Shown here in pieces: positions 9,398 through 18,494 of a stretch of DNA of 64,000 bases. The stretch covers positions 13,585-77,584 of the forward strand of contig CACGGX010000002.1 of the NCBI GenBank assembly GCA_902572735.1. The letters are read 5' to 3'. The notes beneath the pieces were generated by a model. It was not told the DNA's origin and ran no database searches. It was given only the letters and a program-made list of their open reading frames with translations. Position 1 is the stretch's first letter. Each line of letters begins with the position of its first letter. The position numbers were made by a program, and so were the translations under genes. This DNA is from an uncultured Alphaproteobacteria bacterium. GTDB lineage: Bacteria > Pseudomonadota > Alphaproteobacteria > HIMB59 > GCA-002718135.

Positions 9398-10861
9398 GTG
9401 ATGAAACAAAACTATTTTGAGTCAACTTGGTCATCAATAAAACAACATCAAACACCAAATTGGTTTAAAAAAGCAAAGTTTGGTATTTATGCTCATTGGG
9501 GAATCTATTCCGTTCCAGCTGCTGGACCCAATGTAACGTGGTATCCTTATTGGATGTATAGACCACCTAGTCCTCAGTTTGATTATCATTGTAAACATTA
9601 TGGTCATCCATCTAAATTTGGATATAAAGATTTTATACCAATGTTTACTGCTGAAAAATTTAATGCAGAAGAGTGGGCAGATTTGTATTATCGATCTGGA
9701 GCAAAATTTGCTGGACCAGTAGCAGAGCATCATGATGGTTTTCCAATGTGGAATTGTTCTGATACCGAATGGTGTGCATCCAAGATGGGGCCAAAAAGAG
9801 ATATTGTTGGAGAACTTGCAAAAGCAATTAGAAATAAAGGGATGAAATATATGGTAGCAATGCATCATGCTGAAAACTGGTTTTTTTTCCCACACTGGAA
9901 TAATGATTTTGATACATCAAAAAAGGAATATGAAAGTTTATATGGTGAACTTCACAATTTAGATTTAATAGGAAATCAGGCTGTATATCCGGATCATTGG
10001 AGTAGAAAAAATGAACATCAAGACAAGCCTAGTAAAGCTTTTCATGATAGATGGTTAAATAGATTAAAAGAAGTAGTAGATAATTATAAACCAGATTATA
10101 TTTGGTTTGATTTTGGAATTAGATTTATTCATGAAAAGTATAAAAAAGATTTTCTTTCATATTATTATAACAAAGAAACTGAGTGGGGTAATGAAGTAGT
10201 TGTATCTTATAAATGGCATGATCTTCCCCCGGGTTCTGGATTATTAGATCTTGAACTAGGAAGAGAGTCAGAATTAACCCACTATGATTGGATTACTGAT
10301 ACCACAGTCCACGATGGAAGTGCTTGGGCTTATATGAAGAATTCAAAATATAAAACTACGACAGATTTAGTTCACTACTTAATAGATAATGTTAGTAAAA
10401 ATGGATACATGCTCTTAAATATTGGGCCAAAACCTGATGGAACAATTCCAGAAGAAGATAAAAATCTTTTAGAAGGTATTGGAAATTGGCTTGATGTAAA
10501 TGGAGAAGCAATATTTGAAACAGAAACATGGGATCAATATGGAGAGGGCCCAACTAAAATGAATGAAGCAGGACCTTTTTCAGACAATCGAGCAAAACTA
10601 ATTTATACTGCTAAAGATTTTAGGTTCACTACAAAAGATAATTTTTTGTATGCAACTGCATTAGGATGGCCTAGCAAAGATTTCACGATAGAAAGTATAT
10701 ATAAACTTTTTGATAATGAAATTGAAAGGGTAGAATTAGTAGGAAGTACTGATAAAGTAGAATGGAAACATACCAGAGATGGACTCCATATAACAAGACC
10801 AGATAATAAACCATGCGAGCATGCATACAGTTTTAAAATAACAAGAAAGGAATATTTATAA
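9398..10861 (+). CDS. Alpha-L-fucosidase, GH29 family, with no recognisable signal peptide
   Basis: The block FGIYAHWGIYSVPA and HHDGFPMW are GH29-like. The N-terminus MMKQNYFESTWSSIKQHQ is hydrophilic. Confidence 0.85.
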   Translation: MMKQNYFESTWSSIKQHQTPNWFKKAKFGIYAHWGIYSVPAAGPNVTWYPYWMYRPPSPQFDYHCKHYGHPSKFGYKDFIPMFTAEKFNAEEWADLYYRSGAKFAGPVAEHHDGFPMWNCSDTEWCASKMGPKRDIVGELAKAIRNKGMKYMVAMHHAENWFFFPHWNNDFDTSKKEYESLYGELHNLDLIGNQAVYPDHWSRKNEHQDKPSKAFHDRWLNRLKEVVDNYKPDYIWFDFGIRFIHEKYKKDFLSYYYNKETEWGNEVVVSYKWHDLPPGSGLLDLELGRESELTHYDWITDTTVHDGSAWAYMKNSKYKTTTDLVHYLIDNVSKNGYMLLNIGPKPDGTIPEEDKNLLEGIGNWLDVNGEAIFETETWDQYGEGPTKMNEAGPFSDNRAKLIYTAKDFRFTTKDNFLYATALGWPSKDFTIESIYKLFDNEIERVELVGSTDKVEWKHTRDGLHITRPDNKPCEHAYSFKITRKEYL

Positions 10862-11185
10862 ATGATTAGATTAGGTATGACTCTTGGAATTAAAGAGGAA
10901 AAAATAGAAGAATATAAAAAACTTCATGCAAATGTTTGGCCTGAAGTCTTAGAAAATTTAACAGAACTTAATTTTAAGAATTATTCTATATATCTGCATA
11001 AAAATACTCTTTTTGGATATGTTGAATATCACGGAGACAATCTTGATAGAGATAACAAGCTAATGGCTTCAAACCCTAAAGTTCAAGAGTGGTGGAGTGT
11101 TTGTGGACCATGTCAAATTCCAGACCCAAAAAGAAAAAAAGGAGAATGGTGGTCTAGTATGGAAGAAGTTTTTCATCACGACTAA
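10862..11185 (+). CDS. RhaM/YiiL-family L-rhamnose/L-fucose mutarotase
   Basis: The 107-aa product contains KKLHANVWPEVLENL...NYSIY, which resembles the DUF718/rhamnose mutarotase family. It abuts the upstream stop. Confidence 0.7.
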   Translation: MIRLGMTLGIKEEKIEEYKKLHANVWPEVLENLTELNFKNYSIYLHKNTLFGYVEYHGDNLDRDNKLMASNPKVQEWWSVCGPCQIPDPKRKKGEWWSSMEEVFHHD

Positions 11186-11193
11186 AGTTAATT

Positions 11194-12090
11194 ATGAAAA
11201 CAAAAATTTGTTCAGTTGGTGAATGTATGATTGAAATTGCCAATACTAAGAATAATATTTTTCAACAATCATTTGCAGGTGATACGCTAAATTTTTGTAA
11301 CTATATTGATAAAAAATATTTTGATGTTTCTTTTCTTACAGCCATTGGTAAAACTAGTGTAAACAGATCAGTTTTGGAATTCATAAATTCTAAAAAAATT
11401 TCAACAAAATTAATCAAGCAAGTTAATAGTCATGAAATTGGTTTATATTTAATTAAGAATAGAAATAACGGAGAAAAACAATTTTTTTATTGGAGAGATA
11501 ATAGTGCAGCAAAAAATTACTTTAATAAGATAGATTTTGTTTCATTATTTAAAAATTTGAAGAATTTTGATTATATCTATTTTTCTGGAATTACACTTTC
11601 AATTATTGATCCATCTAAAATAAGTAATTTTGTTAATTTGTTAAAATTATTAAAAAATAAAAAAGTAAAAATTATCTTTGATTTTAATATTAGAATTAAT
11701 CGATGGACTAAAAAAAATTTAAACAATTTTTTTCATTCTATTTTAAATTTCGTTGATATTTGTTTTGTATCAGGTGAAGATCTAAAATTTTGGAAAAATG
11801 ATAATAGTTTAAGTAATTTTGAAAAATTAATAAATAAATACAAAATAGATCATGGTATATTTAGAAAAAATGCTAAATTAACTTACTCAATTCAAAATAA
11901 AAAAAAATATACAATAAGAAATAAATTTATTAGAAAAGTAATTGATACTTCAGGAGCTGGAGATGGATTTAATGCTTCCTACGTATCAAATTTTATTATT
12001 CATAACGATCCAGCTTTAGCTCTGAAAGAAGCCAGTCTTCTGGGCTCGAAGATAATCATGCAAAAAGGAGCAATAGTTGATGTTAAATAG
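11194..12090 (+). CDS. kdgK: 2-dehydro-3-deoxygluconokinase (PfkB family)
   Basis: VGECMIEI....FAGDTLNF parallels E. coli KdgK (IGECMIEL...FGGDTLN). The C-terminal DTSGAGDGF motif is present. Confidence 0.8.
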   Translation: MKTKICSVGECMIEIANTKNNIFQQSFAGDTLNFCNYIDKKYFDVSFLTAIGKTSVNRSVLEFINSKKISTKLIKQVNSHEIGLYLIKNRNNGEKQFFYWRDNSAAKNYFNKIDFVSLFKNLKNFDYIYFSGITLSIIDPSKISNFVNLLKLLKNKKVKIIFDFNIRINRWTKKNLNNFFHSILNFVDICFVSGEDLKFWKNDNSLSNFEKLINKYKIDHGIFRKNAKLTYSIQNKKKYTIRNKFIRKVIDTSGAGDGFNASYVSNFIIHNDPALALKEASLLGSKIIMQKGAIVDVK

Positions 12091-12640
12091 CGAATTACAA
12101 TTAAAACTAAAAGAACAAAAAATTTTACCAATTCTTAATACCACAAGTTTAAGCAATGATATTGATCGCTTAAGCAAATATTTAGAGAAAAATAGATCTA
12201 TTCGATATATTGAAGTAACACTGAGAGAAAATCAATCTTTTGATATAGCATTAGAATTACAAAAACATTTTACTAAACATAAATTTGGGTTGGGCTCAGT
12301 TTTAACAAAAGAAGATTTTATTAAAGGTCAAGATCATAATTTTAATTTTTTTGTATCTCCTGGAATTGTTGATGAGGTTTTAGAAATTAATAATTTATTA
12401 TATATTCCTGGAGCTGAAACAGTTAGTGAATTTATTTATCTATATAAAAAAGGTTATAAAATAATTAAATTTTTTCCAGCAAATCTAAATGGAGAGCAAA
12501 AAAAATTACAATCAATTGAAAATATTCTAAAGGATATAAAATTTATTCCAACAGGTGGAGTCAATAAAGATAATATTAATAAATATCTAGATTTAAAAAA
12601 TGTTTTATGTGTTGGAGCTTCAACTTTCGAAGAGTTTTAA
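12080..12640 (+). CDS. eda: KDPG/KHG aldolase, short form (about 186 aa)
   Basis: IEVTLR (catalytic Glu region), IKFFPA (Schiff-base Lys region) and PTGGV parallel E. coli Eda. The ATG at 12080 lies inside the kdgK 3' end. Confidence 0.75.
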   Translation: MLNSELQLKLKEQKILPILNTTSLSNDIDRLSKYLEKNRSIRYIEVTLRENQSFDIALELQKHFTKHKFGLGSVLTKEDFIKGQDHNFNFFVSPGIVDEVLEINNLLYIPGAETVSEFIYLYKKGYKIIKFFPANLNGEQKKLQSIENILKDIKFIPTGGVNKDNINKYLDLKNVLCVGASTFEEF

Positions 12641-13575
12641 TTTACTTTTGTCATAGTACAAAGCATTTCAAAGGCAATTGTTGCTCCTACTAATGAAGTC
12701 ATATTATTTACATCAAATGGTGGTGATACTTCTACAACATCACCTCCTACAAAATTGATTTTGTTTAGTGCTCTTATAATAGTTTGTGCCTCTCTCACAT
12801 TAAAACCTCCAACTTCTGGAGTTCCAGTACCTGGTGCAAAAGTTGGGTCTATTCCATCAATATCAAATGTAAAATAAGTATCTGTATTAACTAGAACTTC
12901 ATAAATTTTTTCAATACATTTATTAAATCCCATTTCATAATAATCATCTATAGTAATAATAGTTACGCCTTGTTCTCTAGCCCAACTTAAATCTTCAGGA
13001 TCATATAAAGCTCCACGAAGACCAAGGATTACATATTTTTTTGGATCAATTAGATTTTCTTCTATAGCTCTTCTAAATGGTGTGCCATGAGTATATTTAA
13101 ATCCTCCAAAATAAGTGTCCCAAGTATCAGAATGAGAATCAAACTGAAATAAACCGATTGGTTTTTCTTTTGTTATACCTCTAAGAATTGGTAGGCTAAT
13201 TAAATGATCACCTCCAATTGATAATGGTATTGTTTTGGAATTATAAATATTTGAGTAAAATTTTTCTATTTTATCCAAACTATCATTTAGGTCCGCTGGA
13301 TTTACCGGACAATCACCAATATCTGCAATATTAAATTTATCATAAGGGCTCTTAAGTGAAACAGGGTGATAAAGCCTTACAAGTGACGATGCATTTCTAA
13401 TTTCTCTTGGCCCATGTCTAGCGCCAGGTCTATTAGTAGTTCCTCCATCCCATGGTACGCCTGCAACACAGTAGTCTAATTTATTTAAATCTTTCACAAC
13501 AGGTAAACGAAAAAAAGTAGCAACATCAGCAAAGCGAGGAGTTTCCATACTAGATAGAGGTTTAATTTGAGTCAT
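12637..13575 (-). CDS. Ureohydrolase: agmatinase / guanidino-acid hydrolase family
   Basis: The arginase-fold motifs GGDHLIS, DSHSD and DIDGIDP are present. The N-terminus FFRLP...GVPWDGGTTNRPGARHGPREIR is typical of agmatinase/guanidinobutyrase enzymes. Confidence 0.8.
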   Translation of the reverse strand: MTQIKPLSSMETPRFADVATFFRLPVVKDLNKLDYCVAGVPWDGGTTNRPGARHGPREIRNASSLVRLYHPVSLKSPYDKFNIADIGDCPVNPADLNDSLDKIEKFYSNIYNSKTIPLSIGGDHLISLPILRGITKEKPIGLFQFDSHSDTWDTYFGGFKYTHGTPFRRAIEENLIDPKKYVILGLRGALYDPEDLSWAREQGVTIITIDDYYEMGFNKCIEKIYEVLVNTDTYFTFDIDGIDPTFAPGTGTPEVGGFNVREAQTIIRALNKINFVGGDVVEVSPPFDVNNMTSLVGATIAFEMLCTMTKVN

Positions 13576-13623
13576 AAAACTATCTTATGATATATAGAAT
13601 TGGATTATACAAGACAAATTAGT

Positions 13624-14166
13624 ATGGATTATAGTAAATTTCCTAAACCACAAAATGATGGAAAAGCTGATCATCTTTTAAATAAGTTTTTGCCAGATAT
13701 TTCTCTTAAAAATCAACAGGGAAATCTATTAAAAATAAAAAGATCTGACACTTTCCGTTTAATTTTATATTTTTATTCTATGACAGGTAATCCAAATGAA
13801 AGTTTACCTAAAAATTGGAATCAAACTCCAGGAGCCATTGGCTGTACTGTGGAGACCTGTAGTTTTAGAGATAATTATGAAGAATTAATCAAACTAAATG
13901 CGCTGCCTATAGGAATATCAACTCAAACAATAGATTATATTAAGGAAATGACAGATAGATTAGCAATTCCCTATGATGTTTTAAGTGATTCAGAAAATAT
14001 TTTGCTCAATTCATTAAAAATGCCTTATTTTGAAATTGAAAACAAAATTTATTTTAAAAGATCAACTCTTATTGTGGAAAAAAATATTGTTAAAAAAGTA
14101 TTCTACCCTATTTTTCCTCCTAACAAACATATAAATGAAGTTCTACAATGGCTAAAAGAAAACTAA
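13624..14166 (+). CDS. Peroxiredoxin, BCP/AhpC-TSA-like
   Basis: TPGAIGCTVETCSFRD matches the TPGCT-x-E-x-C-x-FRD peroxidatic/resolving Cys motif. I prefer the ATG at 13624 to the TTG at 13600. Confidence 0.65.
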   Translation: MDYSKFPKPQNDGKADHLLNKFLPDISLKNQQGNLLKIKRSDTFRLILYFYSMTGNPNESLPKNWNQTPGAIGCTVETCSFRDNYEELIKLNALPIGISTQTIDYIKEMTDRLAIPYDVLSDSENILLNSLKMPYFEIENKIYFKRSTLIVEKNIVKKVFYPIFPPNKHINEVLQWLKEN

Positions 14167-14483
14167 CTATTTTTTTATTTTCAGTATTTTTGTTTTTTTC
14201 TAACCTTTCAACAGCTAATCCAAATATAGATCAATGGCTAGAGTCAGAGAAATCTTATAAAGATCTTATTAATGAGGGATTTGAAGTTAAAAGCTACGCT
14301 ATAAGTGACATAGAGGTTGTAAATGATTTAACAATAATCTTATTTGTTACAGTTCTCCAAAAAGATAACGAAGTATATGAGTGTCAGGAATATCAAACTA
14401 TAGATAAAAATGTCGAGACTTTAGATATGAACTTAATATGTAAAGAATTAGTTCAACCTTATGAAAGAGGTATGGGAACCTAG
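14148..14483 (+). CDS. Hypothetical exported protein
   Basis: 111-aa product with a signal-peptide-like N-terminus (MAKRKLTIFLFSVFLFFSNLSTA). I recognise no family. Confidence 0.4.
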   Translation: MAKRKLTIFLFSVFLFFSNLSTANPNIDQWLESEKSYKDLINEGFEVKSYAISDIEVVNDLTIILFVTVLQKDNEVYECQEYQTIDKNVETLDMNLICKELVQPYERGMGT

Positions 14484-15061
14484 GTCCGTTCAATATTTAA
14501 AAAAAACCACTGTAATGCTATCAATGTAAGTCCATTTAAAATTTGTTTTTTATTCATTTTTGTTTTTACCTCATCAAAACTATAACTTTTAACTAATATA
14601 TCCTCATTTTCATTTTCTAGACCTCTTATAATTTCTTTATCGGGAGCAATTACCTCACCTAAAAAAAGATTATAAAAAGATTCAGATGATCCTGGAGCAG
14701 GAAAGTAACCTTGTATAGATGTAAGATTACTTACTTCACATCCAGTTTCTTCCAAGCATTCTCTCTTTGCAGTATCTTCTGGAGTTTCACCAGAGTCAAT
14801 TATTCCGGCAACTATTTCATCTAGATAATTTTGATTATCTTTAGAAATTGTCCCTGGTCTGAACTGTTGAATTAAAACAATTTTTTTATTTATAGGGTCA
14901 TATGGTAAGACTGCTGATACTTGTGCGCCACCAAATAACTCCCTTTTTATTTCATTACTCCAATTTCCATCATATTTTTTGTATTTAAGAGTAACTTCAT
15001 TCATTTTAAAGAAACCGTCGTGAATATTCTTTTTATCTAAAATTTTAAATTTTGGGCTCAT
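14480..15061 (-). CDS. nudF: Nudix hydrolase, ADP-ribose pyrophosphatase-like
   Basis: The Nudix box is GIIDSGETPEDTAKRECLEETG, and the overall layout is ADPRase-like. Confidence 0.75.
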   Translation of the reverse strand: MSPKFKILDKKNIHDGFFKMNEVTLKYKKYDGNWSNEIKRELFGGAQVSAVLPYDPINKKIVLIQQFRPGTISKDNQNYLDEIVAGIIDSGETPEDTAKRECLEETGCEVSNLTSIQGYFPAPGSSESFYNLFLGEVIAPDKEIIRGLENENEDILVKSYSFDEVKTKMNKKQILNGLTLIALQWFFLNIERT

Positions 15062-15101
15062 AAAAATTGATATATTTTATATTACATATATATTTATAAA
15101 T

Positions 15102-15563
15102 ATGGAAAAAGCATTATTTGGAGCAGGTTGTTTCTGGGGTGTGGAAGAAACATTTTGCAAAACTCCAGGCGTAATAAATACCTTAGTTGGTTATTCTGGA
15201 GGCGATACTATTAACCCTTCTTATGAAAGTGTTTGCCAAGGAAATACAAATCATACTGAGGTTGTTTTAGTTGAATTTGATAATTCTAAAATATCTTATG
15301 AAGATCTTTTGATGGTTTTCTGGAAGTGTCATGATCCTACCACTTTAAATAGACAAGGTCCCGACATTGGAACACAATATAGATCAGCGATATATTATTA
15401 TAACGAAGATCAAAAAAATAAATCTATTCATTCTAAAAATGAATATGCTAAAAGTGCTGGATTAAATATTGTTACTGAAATATCAGAAGCTAAGGAATTC
15501 TATAAAGCTGAAGAATATCATCAAAAATATATCCAAAAAACAGGTTTACACTGCGCTATATAG
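15102..15563 (+). CDS. msrA: Peptide methionine (S)-sulfoxide reductase
   Basis: The active-site motif GAGCFWGVE is present near the N-terminus. The product is 153 aa. Confidence 0.9.
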   Translation: MEKALFGAGCFWGVEETFCKTPGVINTLVGYSGGDTINPSYESVCQGNTNHTEVVLVEFDNSKISYEDLLMVFWKCHDPTTLNRQGPDIGTQYRSAIYYYNEDQKNKSIHSKNEYAKSAGLNIVTEISEAKEFYKAEEYHQKYIQKTGLHCAI

Positions 15564-15583
15564 ATTAATTCTCTAGGGAACTA

Positions 15584-15766
15584 ATGTCTGTCGATTTTTA
15601 TTATGCATTTTTAACAGGCTGGGTAATACTTTTATTATTTTGGAGTACTATTATTTTCTTCATATATCTGAGAAAACCTCCTAAATCCAAATTAACTAAA
15701 AGTTTTATAATCAAATCCTATCTGTTTTTTTTGGCACTATTGTTTATAATTTTATTTTTTCGATAA
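15584..15766 (+). CDS. Hypothetical small membrane protein (two hydrophobic segments)
   Basis: A 60-aa ORF 20 nt after msrA. The call rests only on hydrophobicity and position. Confidence 0.3.
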   Translation: MSVDFYYAFLTGWVILLLFWSTIIFFIYLRKPPKSKLTKSFIIKSYLFFLALLFIILFFR

Positions 15767-15920
15767 ACCGATTCGTTTTTCTTATAAATTATGTATCAAC
15801 ATATAGTAGGTCAAAAAGATTAAGATACTAACATATTGATAATTAACAACTTTTTTATATTTAATGTTGAATACTGGTTTTTTCATAAATATAAACTACT
15901 TCGAAATTAATAAAATTATT

Positions 15921-16145
15921 ATGTCTATATTAAAAAACTATTTTAAACAAAACAGTGTGATGCACAGTTTCTCAAGTTGCCAATGGCCAATTGGAGATCC
16001 ACAAGAGAAAGATTTTCATTTTTGTGAATCTGATACCGTTGCAGGGAAGCCTTATTGTCAGAGTCACTGTGATGTTGCATATATTGACGAAAAAGAGCTT
16101 AAAAAAGAAAAAGAAGCTCAAAAAAATCGTCGCATTGCTGCTTAA
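15921..16145 (+). CDS. GcrA C-terminal-domain-only protein (about 74 aa)
   Basis: CQWPIGDPQEKDFHFCESDTVAGKPYCQSHCDVAYI matches the conserved C-terminal GcrA block (C-K-WPIGDP..F.FCG....PYC..H...AY). No N-terminal HTH is encoded upstream in any frame. The start at ATG 15921 is assumed. Confidence 0.55.
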   Translation: MSILKNYFKQNSVMHSFSSCQWPIGDPQEKDFHFCESDTVAGKPYCQSHCDVAYIDEKELKKEKEAQKNRRIAA

Positions 16146-16200
16146 GTCAATCTCTACAAATTATTTTCTCATCAAATGTTAATAATTTAGAGTTATTGAC
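16146..16200 (+). other. Long imperfect AT-rich stem-loop between the GcrA-like ORF and cfa
   Basis: Arm gtcaatctctacaaattatt (16146-16165) pairs with aataatttagagttattgac (16181-16200). That gives 18 bp in three blocks with two 2-nt bulges and a 15-nt loop. Confidence 0.3.
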
Positions 16201-16231
16201 ATAAGAGACGTTTTTCTTAAAATAAAAAAAC

Positions 16232-17416
16232 ATGTTATTCAGTGTACTGAAAAAACTTAACTTTGATGGAACATTAGAAATCATAGATTTCAATGGCAAG
16301 ACCCATAAATTTGGAAATTCAAACCCTAACGTTTGTATAAGACTGAAAAACAAATCTATTGAAAGAAAACTATTCTTAAACCCTAATCTGCATATAGGTG
16401 AAGCATATATGAATGAAGAGTTAGTTGTAGAAAAAGGCACTATAGAAGACTTTCTTAATTTAATAACTAATTGTTACGATGACTTCATTTCTAACAATAA
16501 GTTTTATAAATTTTATGAATATTTATCTTCTATTTTCATGCCATTTCAGCAGATTAATCAGCTTGTAAATTCAAAAAAAAATGTAGCACACCACTACGAT
16601 ATAAATGAGGATTTATATAAATTATTTCTTGATAAAGATATGCAATATTCTTGCGCATATTTTCACAATCCGAATATGAGTTTGAATCAAGCGCAGAAAG
16701 ATAAAAAACAACATATAATTAAAAAACTTCAAATTACAGAAAATATGGATGTTCTTGATATTGGGTGTGGTTGGGGAGGAATGGCAATTGAAATAGCTAA
16801 ATCTACTGGAGCCAAAGTAAAAGGAATTACACTTTCAGAAAATCAATTTAAAACTGCATCTGAACGAGTACAAAAAGAAGGTTTAGCTGATAAAGTTTCT
16901 TTTGCACTACAAGATTATAGAAATGAGAGCGAAAAATATGATCGCATAGTATCAGTTGGTATGTTTGAACATGTTGGTGTTAAATACTTTAAAACTTACT
17001 TAAGTAAAACTAATGACATTCTGAAAGATAATGGAGTTTTTCTTTTACATACAATTGGTCAAAGGAGTAAACCAACTGCTACTAGTCCTTGGATAAGAAA
17101 ATATATTTTTCCTGGTGGTTATATACCATCATTATCTGAAGTAATGAATGTAACACAAAAACTTAATCTAAATGTAACAGATGTTGAAGTATTAAGACTA
17201 CATTACGCTCATACACTTTCTAAATGGTATCAAAATGTTATCGAAAATAAAGATAAAATTATTAAGATGTTTGATCAGCGTTTTTTTAGAATGTGGGAAT
17301 TTTATCTATTGGCAAGTAAGTATTCCTTTATAAATATGGGTAATGTTGTTTTTCAAATACAAATTGCAAAGAATATTAACAATTTGCCTCTCACAAGAAA
17401 TTATATCTACAACTAA
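16232..17416 (+). CDS. cfa: Cyclopropane-fatty-acyl-phospholipid synthase family SAM methyltransferase
   Basis: The SAM motif VLDIGCGWGGMA is present, and both the 394-aa length and the C-terminal region are CFA-synthase-like. Confidence 0.85.
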   Translation: MLFSVLKKLNFDGTLEIIDFNGKTHKFGNSNPNVCIRLKNKSIERKLFLNPNLHIGEAYMNEELVVEKGTIEDFLNLITNCYDDFISNNKFYKFYEYLSSIFMPFQQINQLVNSKKNVAHHYDINEDLYKLFLDKDMQYSCAYFHNPNMSLNQAQKDKKQHIIKKLQITENMDVLDIGCGWGGMAIEIAKSTGAKVKGITLSENQFKTASERVQKEGLADKVSFALQDYRNESEKYDRIVSVGMFEHVGVKYFKTYLSKTNDILKDNGVFLLHTIGQRSKPTATSPWIRKYIFPGGYIPSLSEVMNVTQKLNLNVTDVEVLRLHYAHTLSKWYQNVIENKDKIIKMFDQRFFRMWEFYLLASKYSFINMGNVVFQIQIAKNINNLPLTRNYIYN

Positions 17417-17466
17417 ACAGTTTATATTGATTGAATTTCAAAGACAGGTAATATAATCTTTCGTGT

Positions 17467-18492
17467 ATGGCGCTTTCTCTTAATAATTATATAATTAGAG
17501 CATCAATTTTCTTAGTCGCTGTCTTTGTTATTGTTGTTTTATTATACCCAGTTTTACAAAATGCTTTTTTATCAAATATTTTTATTAACATTATAATTTT
17601 ATTAGCCCTTTTAACTGGAATTGTATTTAATTTTTTTCATCTCATTAACTTAAATTACAAATATATATCTTTCTCGAACTTTAATATTACAAATTCAATA
17701 GAAGCATTCTCTACTTTAAGAGGGCAAGACAAAAATATCTCTCTTGAATTAAAAAATCTTGACGGAAAATTTGTTTTTAAAAGTTCATCAATAAATAGAT
17801 TGATAGAGAATTCTGATATGACTTTGATAAGCATAAGAGAAACTTCACGTTACCTGGTAGGGTTGCTAGTCTTTTTAGGACTCCTTGGAACTTTCTGGGG
17901 GCTTCTTAAAACTATTGGATCAGTTGGCAATGTTATCAGCGGCCTAGGTATAGATGATACAAATGTTGCAGGTTTTTTTAATTCTCTTAAAGATGGATTA
18001 AATGCTCCACTTGAAGGAATGAGTATTGCATTTAGCAGTTCTTTATTAGGTTTAGCTGGTTCTTTAATATTAGGATTACTTGATTTAAATCTTGGACAAG
18101 CTCAAAATAAATTTAGTCAATATTTTGAAAAAATTCTTAATAGCAATTCTTCTCCAGATTTTTCTAAAGTAGAAGATAAGCCTACAGGTGAAGCAATTCA
18201 AAAAATCTATGACAACTTAGAAAACCTCCTAAATGCTTTTAAAAAATCATCTGACAATCAAACTAAAATTTCAAACAATTTAGAGAAGTTTAATGAAATA
18301 CTTAACAAAATCAATTCCAACTCTTCAAATCTTGATAAGCAATTATCAAATTTCTTATCTTCACAATTAAACACACAATCTTCACTAATGAATCTTACAG
18401 AAGCTTTAAGCAAAAATGGAATATTAGAAGCAAAAAAAGTTAAAGAGTATTTTCAGAAAATTGAAAAAGAACTAAAGAAAATTAAAAAATAA
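17467..18492 (+). CDS. MotA/TolQ/ExbB-family proton-channel protein with a coiled-coil-like C-terminal tail
   Basis: There are four hydrophobic segments. The family motifs VFLGLLGTFWGLLKTI and MSIAFSSSLLGLAGSLILGLL are present. The last 125 aa or so are S/N/K/E-rich and heptad-like. Confidence 0.65.
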   Translation: MALSLNNYIIRASIFLVAVFVIVVLLYPVLQNAFLSNIFINIIILLALLTGIVFNFFHLINLNYKYISFSNFNITNSIEAFSTLRGQDKNISLELKNLDGKFVFKSSSINRLIENSDMTLISIRETSRYLVGLLVFLGLLGTFWGLLKTIGSVGNVISGLGIDDTNVAGFFNSLKDGLNAPLEGMSIAFSSSLLGLAGSLILGLLDLNLGQAQNKFSQYFEKILNSNSSPDFSKVEDKPTGEAIQKIYDNLENLLNAFKKSSDNQTKISNNLEKFNEILNKINSNSSNLDKQLSNFLSSQLNTQSSLMNLTEALSKNGILEAKKVKEYFQKIEKELKKIKK

Positions 18493-18494
18493 TA

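Noticed and set aside
15991-16440. ORFs 15991-16182 (+) and 16147-16440 (-) around the GcrA-like/cfa spacer.
   Set aside because: The first is an alternative frame of the GcrA-like ORF. The second is antisense to the cfa 5' end. Neither has recognisable motifs, and the spacer is better explained by the stem-loop at 16146-16200.
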